A DNA stretch of 59,619 nucleotides, filler included, from Sphacelaria rigidula (GCA_964200075.2; 3 parts of 3 records of this genome joined end to end with filler, not necessarily neighbours in it); one strand, 5' to 3'; shown: positions 1-12,881, numbered from the whole stretch's first letter. Numbers and translations are program-made. The notes: generated by a model not told the origin, from the sequence alone.

Positions 1-201
1 TGGTCATCATCCAGGATCCTACCCATGCTACATCTACTACGCCTTGGTGTATTTTGGCTACAGGCCGCCACTATTCTGTGTGTTTCGATCGAATGAGCCG
101 TATACCTCGACTCTGCACATTCATTAGAAGAAGAAAACGTGTCAAACCCCGAACATGTACAAACTCAAATGCGCGCTACTTTTTTTCAACGTTTTCCACT
201 A

Positions 202-746
202 CAGTAGTGGGCGGTCGGTCTAACTATTTATTTTGTGGCATTTTTCATTTTTTCGTAATTGGCGGTTTTCTTGGGCTCTTTTCGCTTGCCACCACTTAGC
301 ACATTGGGGATCTGAAGATGTTTGTATCCGTTCCATGTTCCACGAAAAAAATATCGTTACTCAATATTGAGTGACTTACGGGGTGACCGGTCATCGAGGG
401 CTCTGCCACGAATCAGCCCAGATAATTACTCTTCGGTATTATCGATCGATCGAGCCTATCCCGATCATATTTATGAAGAAATTACTTTTTTTTTCTTTTT
501 CTACCTACTCATTGCACTAAAGCCGAAAAACTGTGTTTCACGATCGATAACACCCTCCTGATGAAAGGGATACTTACTCGTATCGCCCGATAACACCAAC
601 TAACACTGACTCGGGCACGGTGTTTCGAGGATAATTATGTTTTTTGTACCGAAATTCACCGACGTCAGCGATTTCGAGTTCTATCCAAGAGTAGTACGCG
701 AGGAAAACCCCCAAACCCCCCTGAATAGTTAGACCGCCCACTACTG
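202..746. mobile_element. Tc1/mariner-type MITE
   Basis: TIRs CAGTAGTGGGCGGTC(GGTC)TAACTATT (from 202) and AATAGTTAGACCGCCCACTACTG (to 746), flanked by TA on both sides (200-201, 747-748); no coding capacity. Confidence 0.85.
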
Positions 747-1288
747 TACCAAAAACAGGAAACATCGGCAGCATGCGTCAAGTTTTAGTTTTTGGGCGCC
801 AATGTATACTGTATATATTTGTATGTCACCAACCAAAAAGAAAAAACCACTAAGCTTGCAACAATTAGAATGTCCAGACTAATGGTTGGAGGGGAAAATA
901 TATCCAACACTCGTCAAACATGAAGGAAAGGCAAAGCGACGGTACCATCTGCTCATACTCCGGAGGACAGCTGTTTCCTACTGCTATCTGCACTTCGCAG
1001 TGATCGTGACCTCATAGCTACTCCGTCACGCCACCCGTATGTTGCCGTTGGTAAACACCCCCGCTGAATCATATCAACAAACCCACGAGGCACCAGCGGG
1101 TACTCCGTCGCCTCCTATCCTACGAATAGATATTGCATCCATTTGCACACCATGCAACCGCTCTACAGCTATACTCGCAAGCGCTCTACAAGTGGGGGTC
1201 TGCAGTTCGGGAAATCCACCCCCCCTGCGTTTCCTCTGACGACGGTTGCGAGAAATTGAGGTAATGTGACGAAAAATAAACAAAAACA

Positions 1289-1430
1289 TCGAGCGTATCG
1301 ATATTCGATATTGATATTCGATCTTGATATATATCACATATATCGGTTTTCTACGCTCCGATACCGATATGGCATATCGCCGATATTTATCGAAATCGTA
1401 TCGATTATCGATATCCGTTGTGCAACCCTG
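1289..1430. mobile_element. Terminal fragment of a hAT-like DNA transposon
   Basis: Dense CGATA/TATCG subterminal motifs ending in GTTGTGCAACCCTG (reverse complement CAGGGTTGCACAAC); partner end not seen. Confidence 0.45.
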
Positions 1431-1553
1431 GTCTACACTATTTATTTTTTCAGATGGTTGAGAGCACGAAGGCCGTCGACGTATCAGGTACGAGCAAATC
1501 CGATTCCACCGTACGTTTTCGAGTCGAAAACAATTTGATAAAATACGGCCTTA

Positions 1554-1729
1554 GACCAACTCTTATGGGAGCGTTTGAAATTTTAATTTTGCAACAATTT
1601 CAGATGAGTTTGTTTTTTCTTTGTCATCATGATGAACGGGCACAAAATACACAACTGCGGCAAAGAAAAAAAAAAGTCGTTTAAAATAAGTGTGAAGTAA
1701 AATTCTAAACGCTCCCATAAGAGTTGGCC
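1554..1729. mobile_element. PIF/Harbinger (Tourist-like) MITE, 176 bp
   Basis: 23-bp TIRs GACCAACTCTTATGGGAGCGTTT / AAACGCTCCCATAAGAGTTGGCC (one mismatch) with exact TTA target-site duplication at 1551-1553 and 1730-1732. Confidence 0.9.
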
Positions 1730-2525
1730 TTAGCATACTTTTTTCGATCGAAAAAGTTTGGTCGATTTTTTTCGCCGATCCGATAGGTCCACCGCATTTA
1801 TTTTCCCGGAAGACTTCAACTCAAAATTATGATAAGCGGCGCGCAGAGATGAATAGGTCGAGGTAAAAAACAATCGTTTTCGATCGAAAGCATGCGGTCG
1901 AAAGGCACGAAGCGGCACTTGACTACTATCTTGCAGACCACCACGCCAGATAACACCTATTCACAGGACCATGCCAAACTCCATCCAACTCATTCTCAGC
2001 AACCACCGTAACCCTGCAGGGTATAGCGCGAGTTGAGCTCAGGGATAGATACACTGTAGTAGTTGGGCGTGCTTTGTTTATTTTTGTTGGCGGGAACTTG
2101 CACATCTTTTCTCATGGTAGGGATCAGCGACGGAACTGCCTGGTACGGTGGGCCACCGAGTTGCGTGCACGCTCATGGACAGTGCAGTCAGTACAAAGCT
2201 GCACGTTGCTGAAGTTCTCTTCACGTCGCATTGTAAGCAGAGAGAACTGATAGTCTTGTGCTGTCCGCACTGCACGTTGCCCGCTTTCGTACGCAACACG
2301 CCCACACGCACTCAAGACATTGCCTGCAAGCAGTGCAGGCAGTACAGACTGTCTGTACTGTACACGAGTGTGACCATGTACCGTTTCACGAATTTCATTG
2401 TCTTTTTTTCGATCGAAAGCTTGAAAACTCATCTGGACCCAACTGCATCAAAACGAGAAAAATTCGCTCAGATCGATTCCACCGCCCCATTTTTTCGATC
2501 GAGAAAAAAAGTGCTAAGACACGCC
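1730..2525. mobile_element. Non-autonomous Harbinger-like element, GGCGTGTCTTA-terminus family
   Basis: Left TTAGCATACTTTTTTCGATCGAAAAA pairs with right TTTTTCGATCGAGAAAAAAAGTGCTAAGACACGCC; interior (about 2080-2460) is homologous in inverse orientation to about 9850-10260. Confidence 0.55.
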
Positions 2526-5254
2526 GTCATGACCTACCGCACTTGTGGGAATCTATTTCGTAAACAAGCTAAATAACGGGGCACAACGGTGCCACACAAG
2601 AGTGGAATGCACGGGCGAATCTGCGGAGTTTTGAGCTGAAATTTTACTTTTCACGTACGTTCTACACGTCAAAACGCAAACTGTTGCCACGGTAGCCCAT
2701 TCTTTTTAAAGCGAACAAGTGGCCGGTACAGACGTAATGAAAAATAGCAGGTGCCCATCTCCACGTTTGTAGGCGCGGGTTCAAGCCCTGGCATCCATCT
2801 TTTCTTTCTTTTCTTCCCGTCCTTATTTGTCTCGTTCTCCCCTGCTTTTTTCGCCTTCTCTGCACCGTTTTATGGCGATTTTTCGAGCGGAAATTATTTT
2901 CCCTTCGGATGAAGACCAAAATCCATTCAAATATTCAAAAATGCTTTTTTCCCTGGTGGCCAGAACACTCATTAAAAGCAGCAAGAAAACTGAAGCGGAA
3001 AATATCATGTTGTGCGCTCAGGGCGGGGGATGAAAAATGCCCCTGAAATCGACCCGGCTCGCTCTGGGAGAAGAACCCCGGCTATCCCCGGAGAGCGGAC
3101 GCCTCAAAGCTGTTCCCGGGACCTCCCTTTCCTTTTCTCTATTTTTTTCGTCCTTCAGGCGTCTCCAGCGTTTGATAACATTTTCGTTTTCGATCCCTTG
3201 CACCCAATGCCCCATGTTTTCTAGTGAAACCGGCCACTTATTCCGGGTCATCCATACCGGCCACATATTTCGGTCCAGAGGGGGTATGTTTGTTGAGTTA
3301 TAATGCTTCCTAACTTTTGTCAGAATCTCAAACTGGAACTGCCTCTAATTTGCTGTTTTTTTGTTTTTCTCTCCGGGCTATCGCAGTATGTTTGTGCGTC
3401 TTAATACAGTCCTTGTGTTCAACGTTTCAGCTTCGAACTCTGCAGAACGGGCTGTGCAAAGCTGGTCAACGGCCAGAAAATACTTCAAGCTGGCCCACCT
3501 CGTGCAGTAGTAGATCTATCGTGAGTGTGTGTTTCCGCATGGGTAAATAAAGACAGGCTGGACTCGAAATCATACGATATTCTTGTACAAATATGTGGCC
3601 ACCATTTGTCTCCTGGTACAGCGATCGGTTTCTCGCTACTGCCAAGGTGTCAAACAATTTCATGCTACCTTCGTTTACTTTCCACATTTCCCCTCCAGCA
3701 CGCTCCGTTCGTCCGTGTATAGTTCATACAGTGTCGCCTGCCCTAGCGAAGAGCATGCTGTCGCACCGGGTCTTGATGTGCTGTGTTGAAGTGTTCTTTG
3801 TGTTTAGGCTTTGGTTTAGTGCGTGCGTTTTTTTTCTTGAAATTCAGGTTTTGAATTTTTTTATAAGCGTTGTTTTTTCTTTTTCAAGGCTTGAACCTAG
3901 CCCTTTGGGACCGACCCCCCACTAACACAGGGTTGATCCTGTGTTCGTGAAATAATAAAAAATAAGTCTTCGAGGGATCTGCCCAATCACGGCGAGGCGA
4001 AATTTATCGACCAGACCCGAACGACCAGCTCGGGGATTGTTGACAAGTGTGATGCGACTGCAAAGATCGTGCGGGGGCCCTATCGCTGGCCCAGATGAGC
4101 CTTCCCAGGTTTCCAAGTGCAGGGCGGTCGGAACTTGGTTTTATGGTTTTACTTGCACTCAGTATAGCGTTCCCGAGTTTTTCCGGAGGGTTTTTTGGGT
4201 CACAATCGTATACTAAACGTAGTAACTACAAAACACAGGGAGGAGCGGAAAAAACCGGGAAGGGGTGTACATGCTACCATGTGGTCATTTCACGAGGCAC
4301 TAGACCCAGGTGGGTCGTGGAGAGGCAACAGGAGCTACCGTCATGAATACTGCTTATCCCTTTGCCGATGACTTGCAGTGTGCAGTAAACAAGTATGTAG
4401 TGGATGGGGATGAAGAAGCTGTATATAGGCAGTTAATCTCGGTAGCTGAAAACTGCCCAGAACGTGTGCGTTAGTATGGTGCTGCAGCTGCGACGGCGAT
4501 CGGCGAGGCGTACTACACTGCACTGTACTATACTGTGTGCATGTGCGCCGCAACGCTGATACCCTTCGACGAGATATTGCCGCATGCAACAAAGAGGGAA
4601 GTGGCGGCCCCCCGACCACAAAAAGCTGTGTGGCAAGGTGGTGGGGACAAAAGTATCATCCAAAGCCACAAGTGGCGGGCGGCCCGCCGGTCGCCGCATC
4701 CTGTTGGAAGCTCTCTACTACCGCGACCCATACTCGTACTGCTTGCTACATCAGATGTACACCACCTAATGCGCACCCTGCACCTGGAAATAATTTGAAT
4801 GAAACTTTCGGTCTTCGTCACAACCCTGCGGTTACATACGCGAATTTTCACACGCCACTGTCTGTTTCGTGCAGACGTCAGACACATCATTCCTAACCAG
4901 CCTCATTGGTCGTTCCGGAGGCCCGGTCAACAAAGAGTTCAGCTCTTTAAGCGCAAATGAGGCGCGCTTTATGAGCCCTATTCGCGTCTCTCTTGTGGCG
5001 TTGTGACAGTAGCCCCCCACGAGGCGCGCCTTCTAGCATTAGGACGAGACGACAAGTTGTGATGCCTATTTTCAATGAAAGGATGAAACTTCTTCTTATC
5101 CATTTTGTTTGTTTGTTTTTCTAGTGTTATTTTGTAGCGTCGCGCGGCAGAGGCTTTGAAGTCCGCACCTCAATCACCCCTTTCTCTTTCGGTTCTGCCA
5201 TAGTACCTGCACTGTTGACTCCTCCACCGCTGCTATCATTCCTTTCCACTTCTC

Positions 5255-5255
<1 letters not shown>

Positions 5256-5289
<34 letters not shown>

Positions 5290-5327
5290 ACTACAGCTGT
5301 ACGCTGTACGCTGTACGCTGTACGCTG
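5256..5327. repeat. (CTG)n microsatellite followed by (CTGTACG)n
   Basis: About 11 CTG units, then about 4 copies of CTGTACG. Confidence 0.95.
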
Positions 5328-6399
5328 AACAAGTGTACATAGTATATATATGTAGAATATTTCGGACTCACGAGCGTTAAGAATCCTTTGTAGGGAGGTG
5401 TCCATGAGATTCATGCTGATTTTAATGTGCAAGTTCCTCCGCACCCGCCTAGGGGGATGACTGTTCGGGCCAATGCCAATGCTAGGGGTTCGGTGCGCGG
5501 ATTCGTGCTACACTTTGTGCGGGGATACACCTGCGTTCGCGACCGTTCGAATGGACGAGTGGTCGCGGTCGTCCTGCAATGTTTCCGGCAGGGGTTACAT
5601 GGACTTTCTCGCGCAAACGTTTGTAGAGGTATCTCAAGTTCGATATCCCCGGCAAATTACCACACTCTGGACAATGGACACAATAATAGTCCATTGCTTC
5701 AGTAATAGACGCGGGGGAAATCCTATCGATATATAATGTCGAACACAAAAGATGGTGAAACACAACTATTGATATGTATTGCGAGGGACAATAGATGTTT
5801 TAATAGTCGATCGATAGCCTATGGCAATTAAAATAGATGAAGATCACTCGCTACCGATGGAAATCGTGTACCGCAATAGACTCTGGGACGTATATATCGA
5901 TAGACATTGCCGTAATCAATAGATTTGATGGGCCATCCATCGATAGCCACTGCCATCACCAATAGATTTGGTGGCGTGTTACGTTCCTGAGCTCGACGGA
6001 AAATTACCCCAACTAGATTTGTGTGTGTACGCTGCACAGAAAAACCCGACCTCAATGCTGTGGCAGCCGTGGGCTTGTCCAAGCCTCAGCGGCAAAAAGG
6101 TCCGCACGCAACCTCAAACACACTCCTTTACATACAGACACACTTTCCCCTCAACCTCCCCTCTTGACTCTATCCCCTAGCCATTCACGCACAACCAGGG
6201 TCCTCAGCGAGCACGCCAGTGCATAGGCCCGTATCCCCCCTCACCCCCCACCACCCCGCCCGTCGGTGATCCAGACCATGTGTTTCCCTCCTCTCATGCG
6301 TGGTGAGGGAGGTCGGCATTGCTGTGGCGGGCAGCACCAGATGCTGCCTGCCAGCAACATGAAGTATCCTCCGCAGGTTGCGGCTGGGTGGGCAGGTGA

Positions 6400-6818
6400 C
6401 ACCGCAGGAGTGTGAGAGGCGGTGGTAGCGCGGGGCTACCTCATACCCCATACGGCAGCGCCATGATGGCTGGCCACCGACCATGTACGCGGCCCCGGCA
6501 GGGCGGGTTCAGCAACAGCAACAGCGCGTGGCGAGGGAAGCCGACGTGGCTATGGCGGAACAGCAACAGGTGCTGCCTGCCGGCCACATGGAGCACCCTC
6601 CGCAGGTGGTGGCTGGGTGGATATCCCATGTGGCCGGCAGGCAGCTCCTGTTGCTGTTCCGCCATAGCCACGTCCGCTTCCCTCGCCACGCGCTGTGGCT
6701 GTGGCTGAACCCGCCCTGCCGGGGCCGCGTACATGGGTCGGTGGCCAGCCATCATGGCGCTGCCGTATGGGGCGTGAGGTAGCCCCCCGCTACCACCGCC
6801 TCTCACACACCTGCGGTG
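6400..6818. repeat. Long near-perfect inverted repeat (arms about 192 bp, loop about 34 nt)
   Basis: 6400-6591 is the reverse complement of 6626-6818 with roughly 9 differences; ORF track gives mirror peptides (MYAAPAGRVQ...QRVAREADVAMAEQQQ) on both strands. Confidence 0.95.
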
Positions 6819-8786
6819 CCCCTTCGCGTTTTGCTGTTGCTGTTGCTGTTGCTGCCGTACCGCTGGGGTGCTGGCGGGCTCTTCCACTTTCTGCTTGAAT
6901 TCAGGGCCTGCAAGTATAGTGTCATCCTGTTGTTCGAAAACATTTCCCGCGCCGGTCCGACGGTGTGGCAAGGGTGGCAGTAGCAGTAAAAGATGCATGA
7001 TAGAAAGCAGTACTTCTGTCTTTGTACAGCATGCTATGTCCTTGCCTCCAACAACGATCACGCATGTGTTGGCGCAACAAGCACGGGAAGGGAAGCTACG
7101 AACGCCCCCCTCGCACACGACCGCTCTACAGCGACACATACTGCATCGGGAGCGGGCGCGTTACTCAGTTCAACATCACCTGCCGTCGGGGTGCAAATGT
7201 CGGAACATGAGGTGGGCCATCTGTTGCACCGATACCATTTTCATTCCAAAAGAGAATTCAAGGCCCAGATGACCCGCTCTCGCTCTCCAAGCGTGTAGCT
7301 CGTAAAGCTAGTAGAGGGTCATAAAAACGGAATAAATCGCAACATTACGACTATTTTATCGCGAGCGGGAAAAACGTGGAAAAAGACGAACTGACAGCGC
7401 TTGATGGGAGACATATCAGCACGTTCAACCTCATTCAATAAGTGGTCGGAAGACTAAATGCTGGTTCACTCAGGTCTTCATGTGCCGGCTCCTTGTTTTA
7501 CATCCGTTGACAGCTGCACTACACTATGCTCCGAAGCACGCATCATGGTAGACATCGTTCTCCATTGTGACTACGATGGTACACTGGCGATTGCTGGGTC
7601 CGTGACTGGCACGTGCTCACATGACAGTACAGTACGTAAAAAATCCTCAACCCGATCATTTCACTAATAACAAATGTTCTGATGGAAGTTCGCATTTGTG
7701 CGGAACCGACATGCGGAGGAGATTCGTGATGTTCATGCGGACAGTACACTGATTCAGAAACAACTCTAACGCCGGTGCTGCAAAAACATGGACTTTCGCG
7801 AGAACATTTTTATGAGTCAGAAGATGGGATCGGGGCTTCTTATTATATATCTCTAATGTAAGCATGTGCCAGTCACGGGCGCTGAAACCTATCTGTACGT
7901 CTGTGACACACAACTGCATAAAAAAATGGGCGTCCTCCAGTATAAACCGGTGGTTGTAAATCGTGTCCCAACCCTTCACACGCCAGGTGGGTCATCTGTT
8001 GAATCGGCACCACTACCATTTGAGAAAGGACCAACCGTAAAACGCAGGTTCCCCACTCTGGTTCTTCACGGATGAGCCCTCGGGCTGCGACCCCCCACAC
8101 ATATCGTCTTTGGCACATGTAGGGTTCAGAATTGTTGTGTTTTTAGAATGCGAAACGCCTCTTTACATGGACACGTGAACGCTGAGCAACGAGTCAAGTC
8201 CACATTTACGTATTTATATGCCTTCGCTGAGCCGTTTTTGCGGGGTACATGTTTTCATGTTTTGCAAGCGGTGCACGTCGGAAGCCACTACTGTTACGAT
8301 ACATGCAAACGACACATACGCTCCTTTTCTACTATATTTTCCCGGTCTTGCTAATTTCGGGGCAGTGCTGACACACCTCGACCATGTTGTGCTTCTGCAC
8401 GCATGACACACCGTCTCGACTGTGCATGTCTCCTTTTTGTGCTGTCCTTACTACTGGGGCTGCTGTACCGTGAACACAGAATTTTGCCGTCAGCGGCTGA
8501 ATACGACAGAATATTGTAAAACAACCAGCCTTCCATCCATCCCCAAGGCACACAGTCTATTGTTTTACCTCTGATCAGTTTTCCGCACTAACACTTTAGA
8601 CAGTACAGTGTGCAGCTATCTTGACAGCAGAGGGAGGCAGGCAGGGGTGAAGTGAAGGCTACGCACAGAGCAAAGAGCACCTGCTACTTATTTATTCATT
8701 TATCTATTTTCCGCGGCACCCAGCCGATCAACATGGGAACACACCACCTACCCCCCCCACACCAACACACACCGCCCCAGCTCAGC

Positions 8787-8796
8787 NNNNNNNNNN
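8787..8796. other. 10-N assembly gap between two diverged direct-repeat copies
   Basis: AGAGCAAAGAGCACCTGCTACTT occurs at about 8667 and about 8798, either side of the Ns. Confidence 0.9.
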
Positions 8797-10636
8797 AAGA
8801 GCAAAGAGCACCTGCTACTTTTTTTTTCATTTTTCTATTTTCCCCGGCCCCCCCCCCATGATCATGGGTACCCCCCCCCCCCCCCCCCTCCTCAAGACGA
8901 GTCTGTGGTCTCAAGGCATCATTCCGTGTCTCGCCCGGTACACGCCTTGCACTTTGGACTCGCGGATTGGAGTAGCACTCCCGCACCCCCTCAACTGTCG
9001 TCAAACAAACTCCATCAAGCTCTAGGTCACACACTTCGAAGAAAAAGCCCAAACGCATCTAGGCGGGAATCGATTCCATGTTCTTCCCACCCTAACTGAG
9101 TCAATCTCACCACAAGACCACCGGGGCAATTTGTGTCGTGTCATGATTGATTCAAATGGTCTGATACAGCTAGGGTGTGAGGTTGGTGTTCTGGACGTTA
9201 TCTGGAACGTGATGACCAATCTGACCAGTCAAAACAGGCAGAATGGCCGCTCTCCGCCCTTCGAGCTTGGATTTTTTCCATGAGACTTTGGAACACGCAT
9301 GGCTGACTTCTGATCTGGGACGAGACACCACCCCCGTAAAAAATCACGCGTCCATTGATTGGAAACCCCTGGATGTCTCTTGCCTGTCAACTGGCGAAAA
9401 TGTTCCGAGGAGATGCTCGCAGCCTAAGGGGGTTATTGACTCAGAGAGGGTGAAGAAAAGTACAATCGAATAAAAATGATGATTTCATCGCAGGCAGAAA
9501 AATGTGAATAGATAAACGACGGATTGGCAAGACAACTCACAAACGTTCAACCCGTGCTCACCAGAATTTTTAAAGTACTGGCAATAGGCCACATACTAAG
9601 TGAAACCAAATAGGTGGTACTGACGGGATGGGTCAAGTCATGAGGAGTCAGGCGAATGGTGCCGTGGTTCATCGCGGGACACGACTGGGTCAAAATCTCA
9701 CCTCAATTGGCTCATAAGACAACCCGTTGGCCGCCACACCCGCTTTCTTCGCGTACCGATCAGCGGTGATATTCACCCGCTTCTGTTAGACTGTTAGACG
9801 TTGTCTCACCACTTTTTTCTCAACTCGAACGAAGTCGTGCGGCGCAATTTAATTCGTTTGTTTGACTGCGTTTGGGTTCGAGCAAATTTGCACTCTTTCG
9901 GTCGAAATAGCTGAGAGAAATTCGCGAAGCGGTACTTGTTTACTTGTTATCAGTACAGACATGACTGTACTGTCTGTACTGTCTATATGATGTTCTATAC
10001 ACAACATTGTGCGTGTCTTTCGTGCAGCATGCAGACGTGGATGTGAAGAAGAAGTGAGCAACGTCAAGAACAGACAACAGAGAGTTGTCTATACTCTCTG
10101 CATACGGGACGATATGAAGGAGATTTGAACAACGTACAGTTTCCCGCTGTCTCTACTGTCCATGAGCGTGTACGCAACTCGATTGCCCACCCCAACACGC
10201 AATTCCGTCGCTGGGCCCTACCACGAAATCCAAGTTTTCGCCAACAAGAAATAAACACACCATGCCAAGAGATTGATGGTGGTGTCGGATCCCTACTACT
10301 GCAGTACATGTATCCCTCTGCTCAACTGGGTTGGTGGCTGCGAATGGACGATGTAGAGTTTGCATGGTTCTGTGTAAGGGTGGTATCTGACATTGTTGTC
10401 TGCAGGATAGAAGTTATGTGCCCCTTTGTCCCTTTCCGCCGCGTGTTTACGATCGAAAAAGCTGAGTTTTTCTGCTTTTCATCCTGTCCGTCGCGCGCCA
10501 ATAATTGTGTAATAATGGACATGAAGACATCTGAGAGCATAAATGCCATGGACGTATCAGATACGAGCTAATCACGATCAATTCGATACGACCGCGCGTT
10601 CTCGAGTCGAAAAGAGCTCGATAAGATATGGTCTCA

Positions 10637-10826
10637 GGGCGTGTCTTGGCACATCATTTTTCGATCGAAAATGTGCAGTGGAGAACGAAAATCTCGATCT
10701 GATAGGTCGTAATTTGAATTATCTTGAGGGGAAAAACGACGATGGTTGAAATTACGACTCATCAGATCGGAGTTTTTATCTTCCAACGCACATCTTGGAT
10801 CGGAAACAGTTTGATAAGACACGGCC
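10637..10826. mobile_element. Harbinger-like MITE (GGCGTGTCTT...AAGACACGGCC family)
   Basis: Imperfect TIRs GGGCGTGTCTT / AAGACACGGCC, flanks TCA / TTA; same termini as at about 1540 and about 2515; abuts another degenerate terminus ending at 10633. Confidence 0.6.
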
Positions 10827-11196
10827 TTAGAAGCGCGACAGCCAATCTACGAAACAAAGGTCGAGCGCTGACGACTCCAGTTGCGGTATACCCACAAAAT
10901 TACATACCTCTTGATACTTCAGTAACCTGCACGCCTCTCGCTGCAGGGGTTGACAAACACTATCCGCGGTGAAACATGAGACAACTCTCTCGATATTTCA
11001 TGTACAGTAGTGAGTAGGCGAACCATTCAAGCTAATACCATAACTACAGTATCTCCCAAAGGCAGAGGCGTGCGGAGGCGTGCCATCGTACGGTGTGTCG
11101 TCCACGGCACTACATGGACAAACCACAGCGTTCATCATCAAGGCTGTTACACTGCTGCAGTGCCCACGCAACGTCGACAACGTCAACAATAGACAG

Positions 11197-11833
11197 TACA
11201 GTAGAGTACGGCATTCTTCCGACCAACTGAAAGTGCAATGAATTCCGTCATTTTGTAGCAACAACTCGCGGCGGAGCTCCGCGACGCGCGCGAGGACAGT
11301 GCGCTTCTGCTTGAGCAACTTACTCTGCTCGAGAAGGAGCATGCCGTCCACCTTGACGAGCAAAGGGCGGCTGTGGCAGACCTGCAGCGCCGGGTGAATG
11401 ACGAGAGAGATGAAAGGGCTGCCGCGGAGCGCAGCCTTACGGACTTGGAAGACGGTTTGATGGCCAGGGAGTAGGTCCTCAAAACAAAAGAAGACCAGGT
11501 GGCTTCATCGACCTCTTGTTCGCGGGCGGCCAGCTGCTCTTCTCCCCTTTGACTACCTGCTCCCTGGCCATCAAACCGTCTTCCAAGTCAGTAAAGCTAC
11601 GCTCGACGGCAGCCCTTGCGCCCCTTTCGTTACTCAGGAGGCGCTGCAGGTCGGTCACAGTCGCCCTTTGCCCGTCAAGCTGGACGGCATGCTCCAGCTC
11701 GAGCAGTTGTGGTTGATTGAGCAGGAGCGCAGTGTCCTCGCGCGCATCGCAGAGCTCCGCCGCGTGTTGTTGCTGCAAAATTACGGATTGATTGCACTTC
11801 TAGTTGGTCGGAAGAATGCCGTACTCTACTGTA
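11197..11833. repeat. Inverted duplication of a coiled-coil-like exon plus its upstream intron
   Basis: Arms about 11197-11476 and 11555-11833. Each carries an acceptor (TTTTGTAG / TTTTGCAG) followed by QQ(L/H)AAEL(R/C)DARED...TDLEDGLMARE; the + copy has TAG where the - copy has CAG. Confidence 0.92.
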
Positions 11834-12090
11834 ATGGAAGCACGTGCCAGTCACGGGCGTTGCAGTTGTTCGCATACCACCGCACAGACAGCGAAGTGAT
11901 GGAGCAAAATTCATGATGCGCGCTGTGTATTGCAGTATAGTGCAGTGGTCGGTGAGTGACAAAAACAAAGCAGCCCGCATCTGCTCTCGCATACTGTAGT
12001 GGTTTCCATCGAATAGATTCCACGAGTACCGTACTGTGCTGTGATGCGTGTGCGGCACGGGAAGCCGGACAATCCCCAAAAGACCCAAGT

Positions 12091-12411
12091 ATGTGTTGTG
12101 CTGTCTGTTATCATCTCATCTATTCTGGGCGCCGGTCTACACCTTTGGGTATATGTAGGCACATCAGACGGGGTCACACAGGAGGAAGGTCAACTCAGGA
12201 GTTTTATTTTATTCTAATCGCCAAGAGGGTTAAGCGGCCCCTTTCCCTCGTTGACCGTGAGTCGACTTTTGTGTACCAACGACATGATCGCTCTTCACCG
12301 TTGGGCATGATGTAAAAAATAATCCCAGATCATGTGGCTTCACCAAGATTCGAACCGACGTCCCACCCGCCAGCAGGTCTCGAGGTTACCAACTGAGCCA
12401 CCGGGGCGACC
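12091..12411 (-). mobile_element. tRNA-derived SINE
   Basis: Minus-strand head GGTCGCCCCGGTGGCTCAGTTGG (A box) ... GGTTCGAATCT (B box), about 320-bp body ending in a simple ACAG/ACA-rich tail; no full cloverleaf. Confidence 0.8.
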
Positions 12412-12660
12412 AGTTCACCCACAGCAAAACCGACGTACTGCACAACTACGTAGATATCGCATCGTATCATACCACATCACATCACACCACACCATGCGGA
12501 TAGCGCGACACAACACCACAAAGCGGAGCAGCGATTTTTCATCACTACTCACCATGTACTCGCAAAATTCTGCCTTGATCGATTATAGCTTCTTGCGGGA
12601 TCGGAAAGAAACCCCAACACCCGACACCAGCGCTGATGCGCCGGCAACGAGACCCATACT

Positions 12661-12881
12661 CTATGTACACGAGTTTGCCATAGCCTGATCAGGAGCCAAC
12701 TTGGCCACGGCCAGAGCGTACTCCGCGGCTATCCTCTTCATTTTTTCTTTCGCCAAGACGCGCACGGCTGACGCGCCAGCCGCGCCGCCAAGCCCGACCC
12801 CGGCGGCGATGAGGTGATCGACGGCAAGCACTGGCAAAGGCATATTTCCTGCCAGTCTTCTCCGCTTTTCCACCCACCTTC
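12661..12881 (-). CDS. Probable terminal exon of an unidentified gene
   Basis: Polypyrimidine tract and CTAG acceptor, then open GC-rich frame RWVEKRRRLAGNMPLPVLAVDHLIAAGVGLGG...NSCT-stop; upstream exons not identified. Confidence 0.5.

Noticed and set aside
3431-4474. Isolated + strand exon-like blocks (SNSAERAVQSWSTARKYFKLAHLVQ-stop; NKYVVDGDEEAVYRQLISVAENCPE)
   Set aside because: Plausible splice sites, but they cannot be joined into a gene or assigned to a family.
6441-7139. 232-aa ORF, and other long ORFs such as 13410-14087, 15373-16143, 28861-29457, 40616-41239
   Set aside because: Explained by GC-rich palindromes or repeats; no recognisable domain or splice context.
8667-8890. Direct duplication as a biological repeat
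   Set aside because: Straddles a 10-N gap, so copy number and structure are unreliable.
12330-12411. Possible tRNA gene
   Set aside because: A and B boxes are present but there is no complete cloverleaf, and it continues into a SINE-like body.
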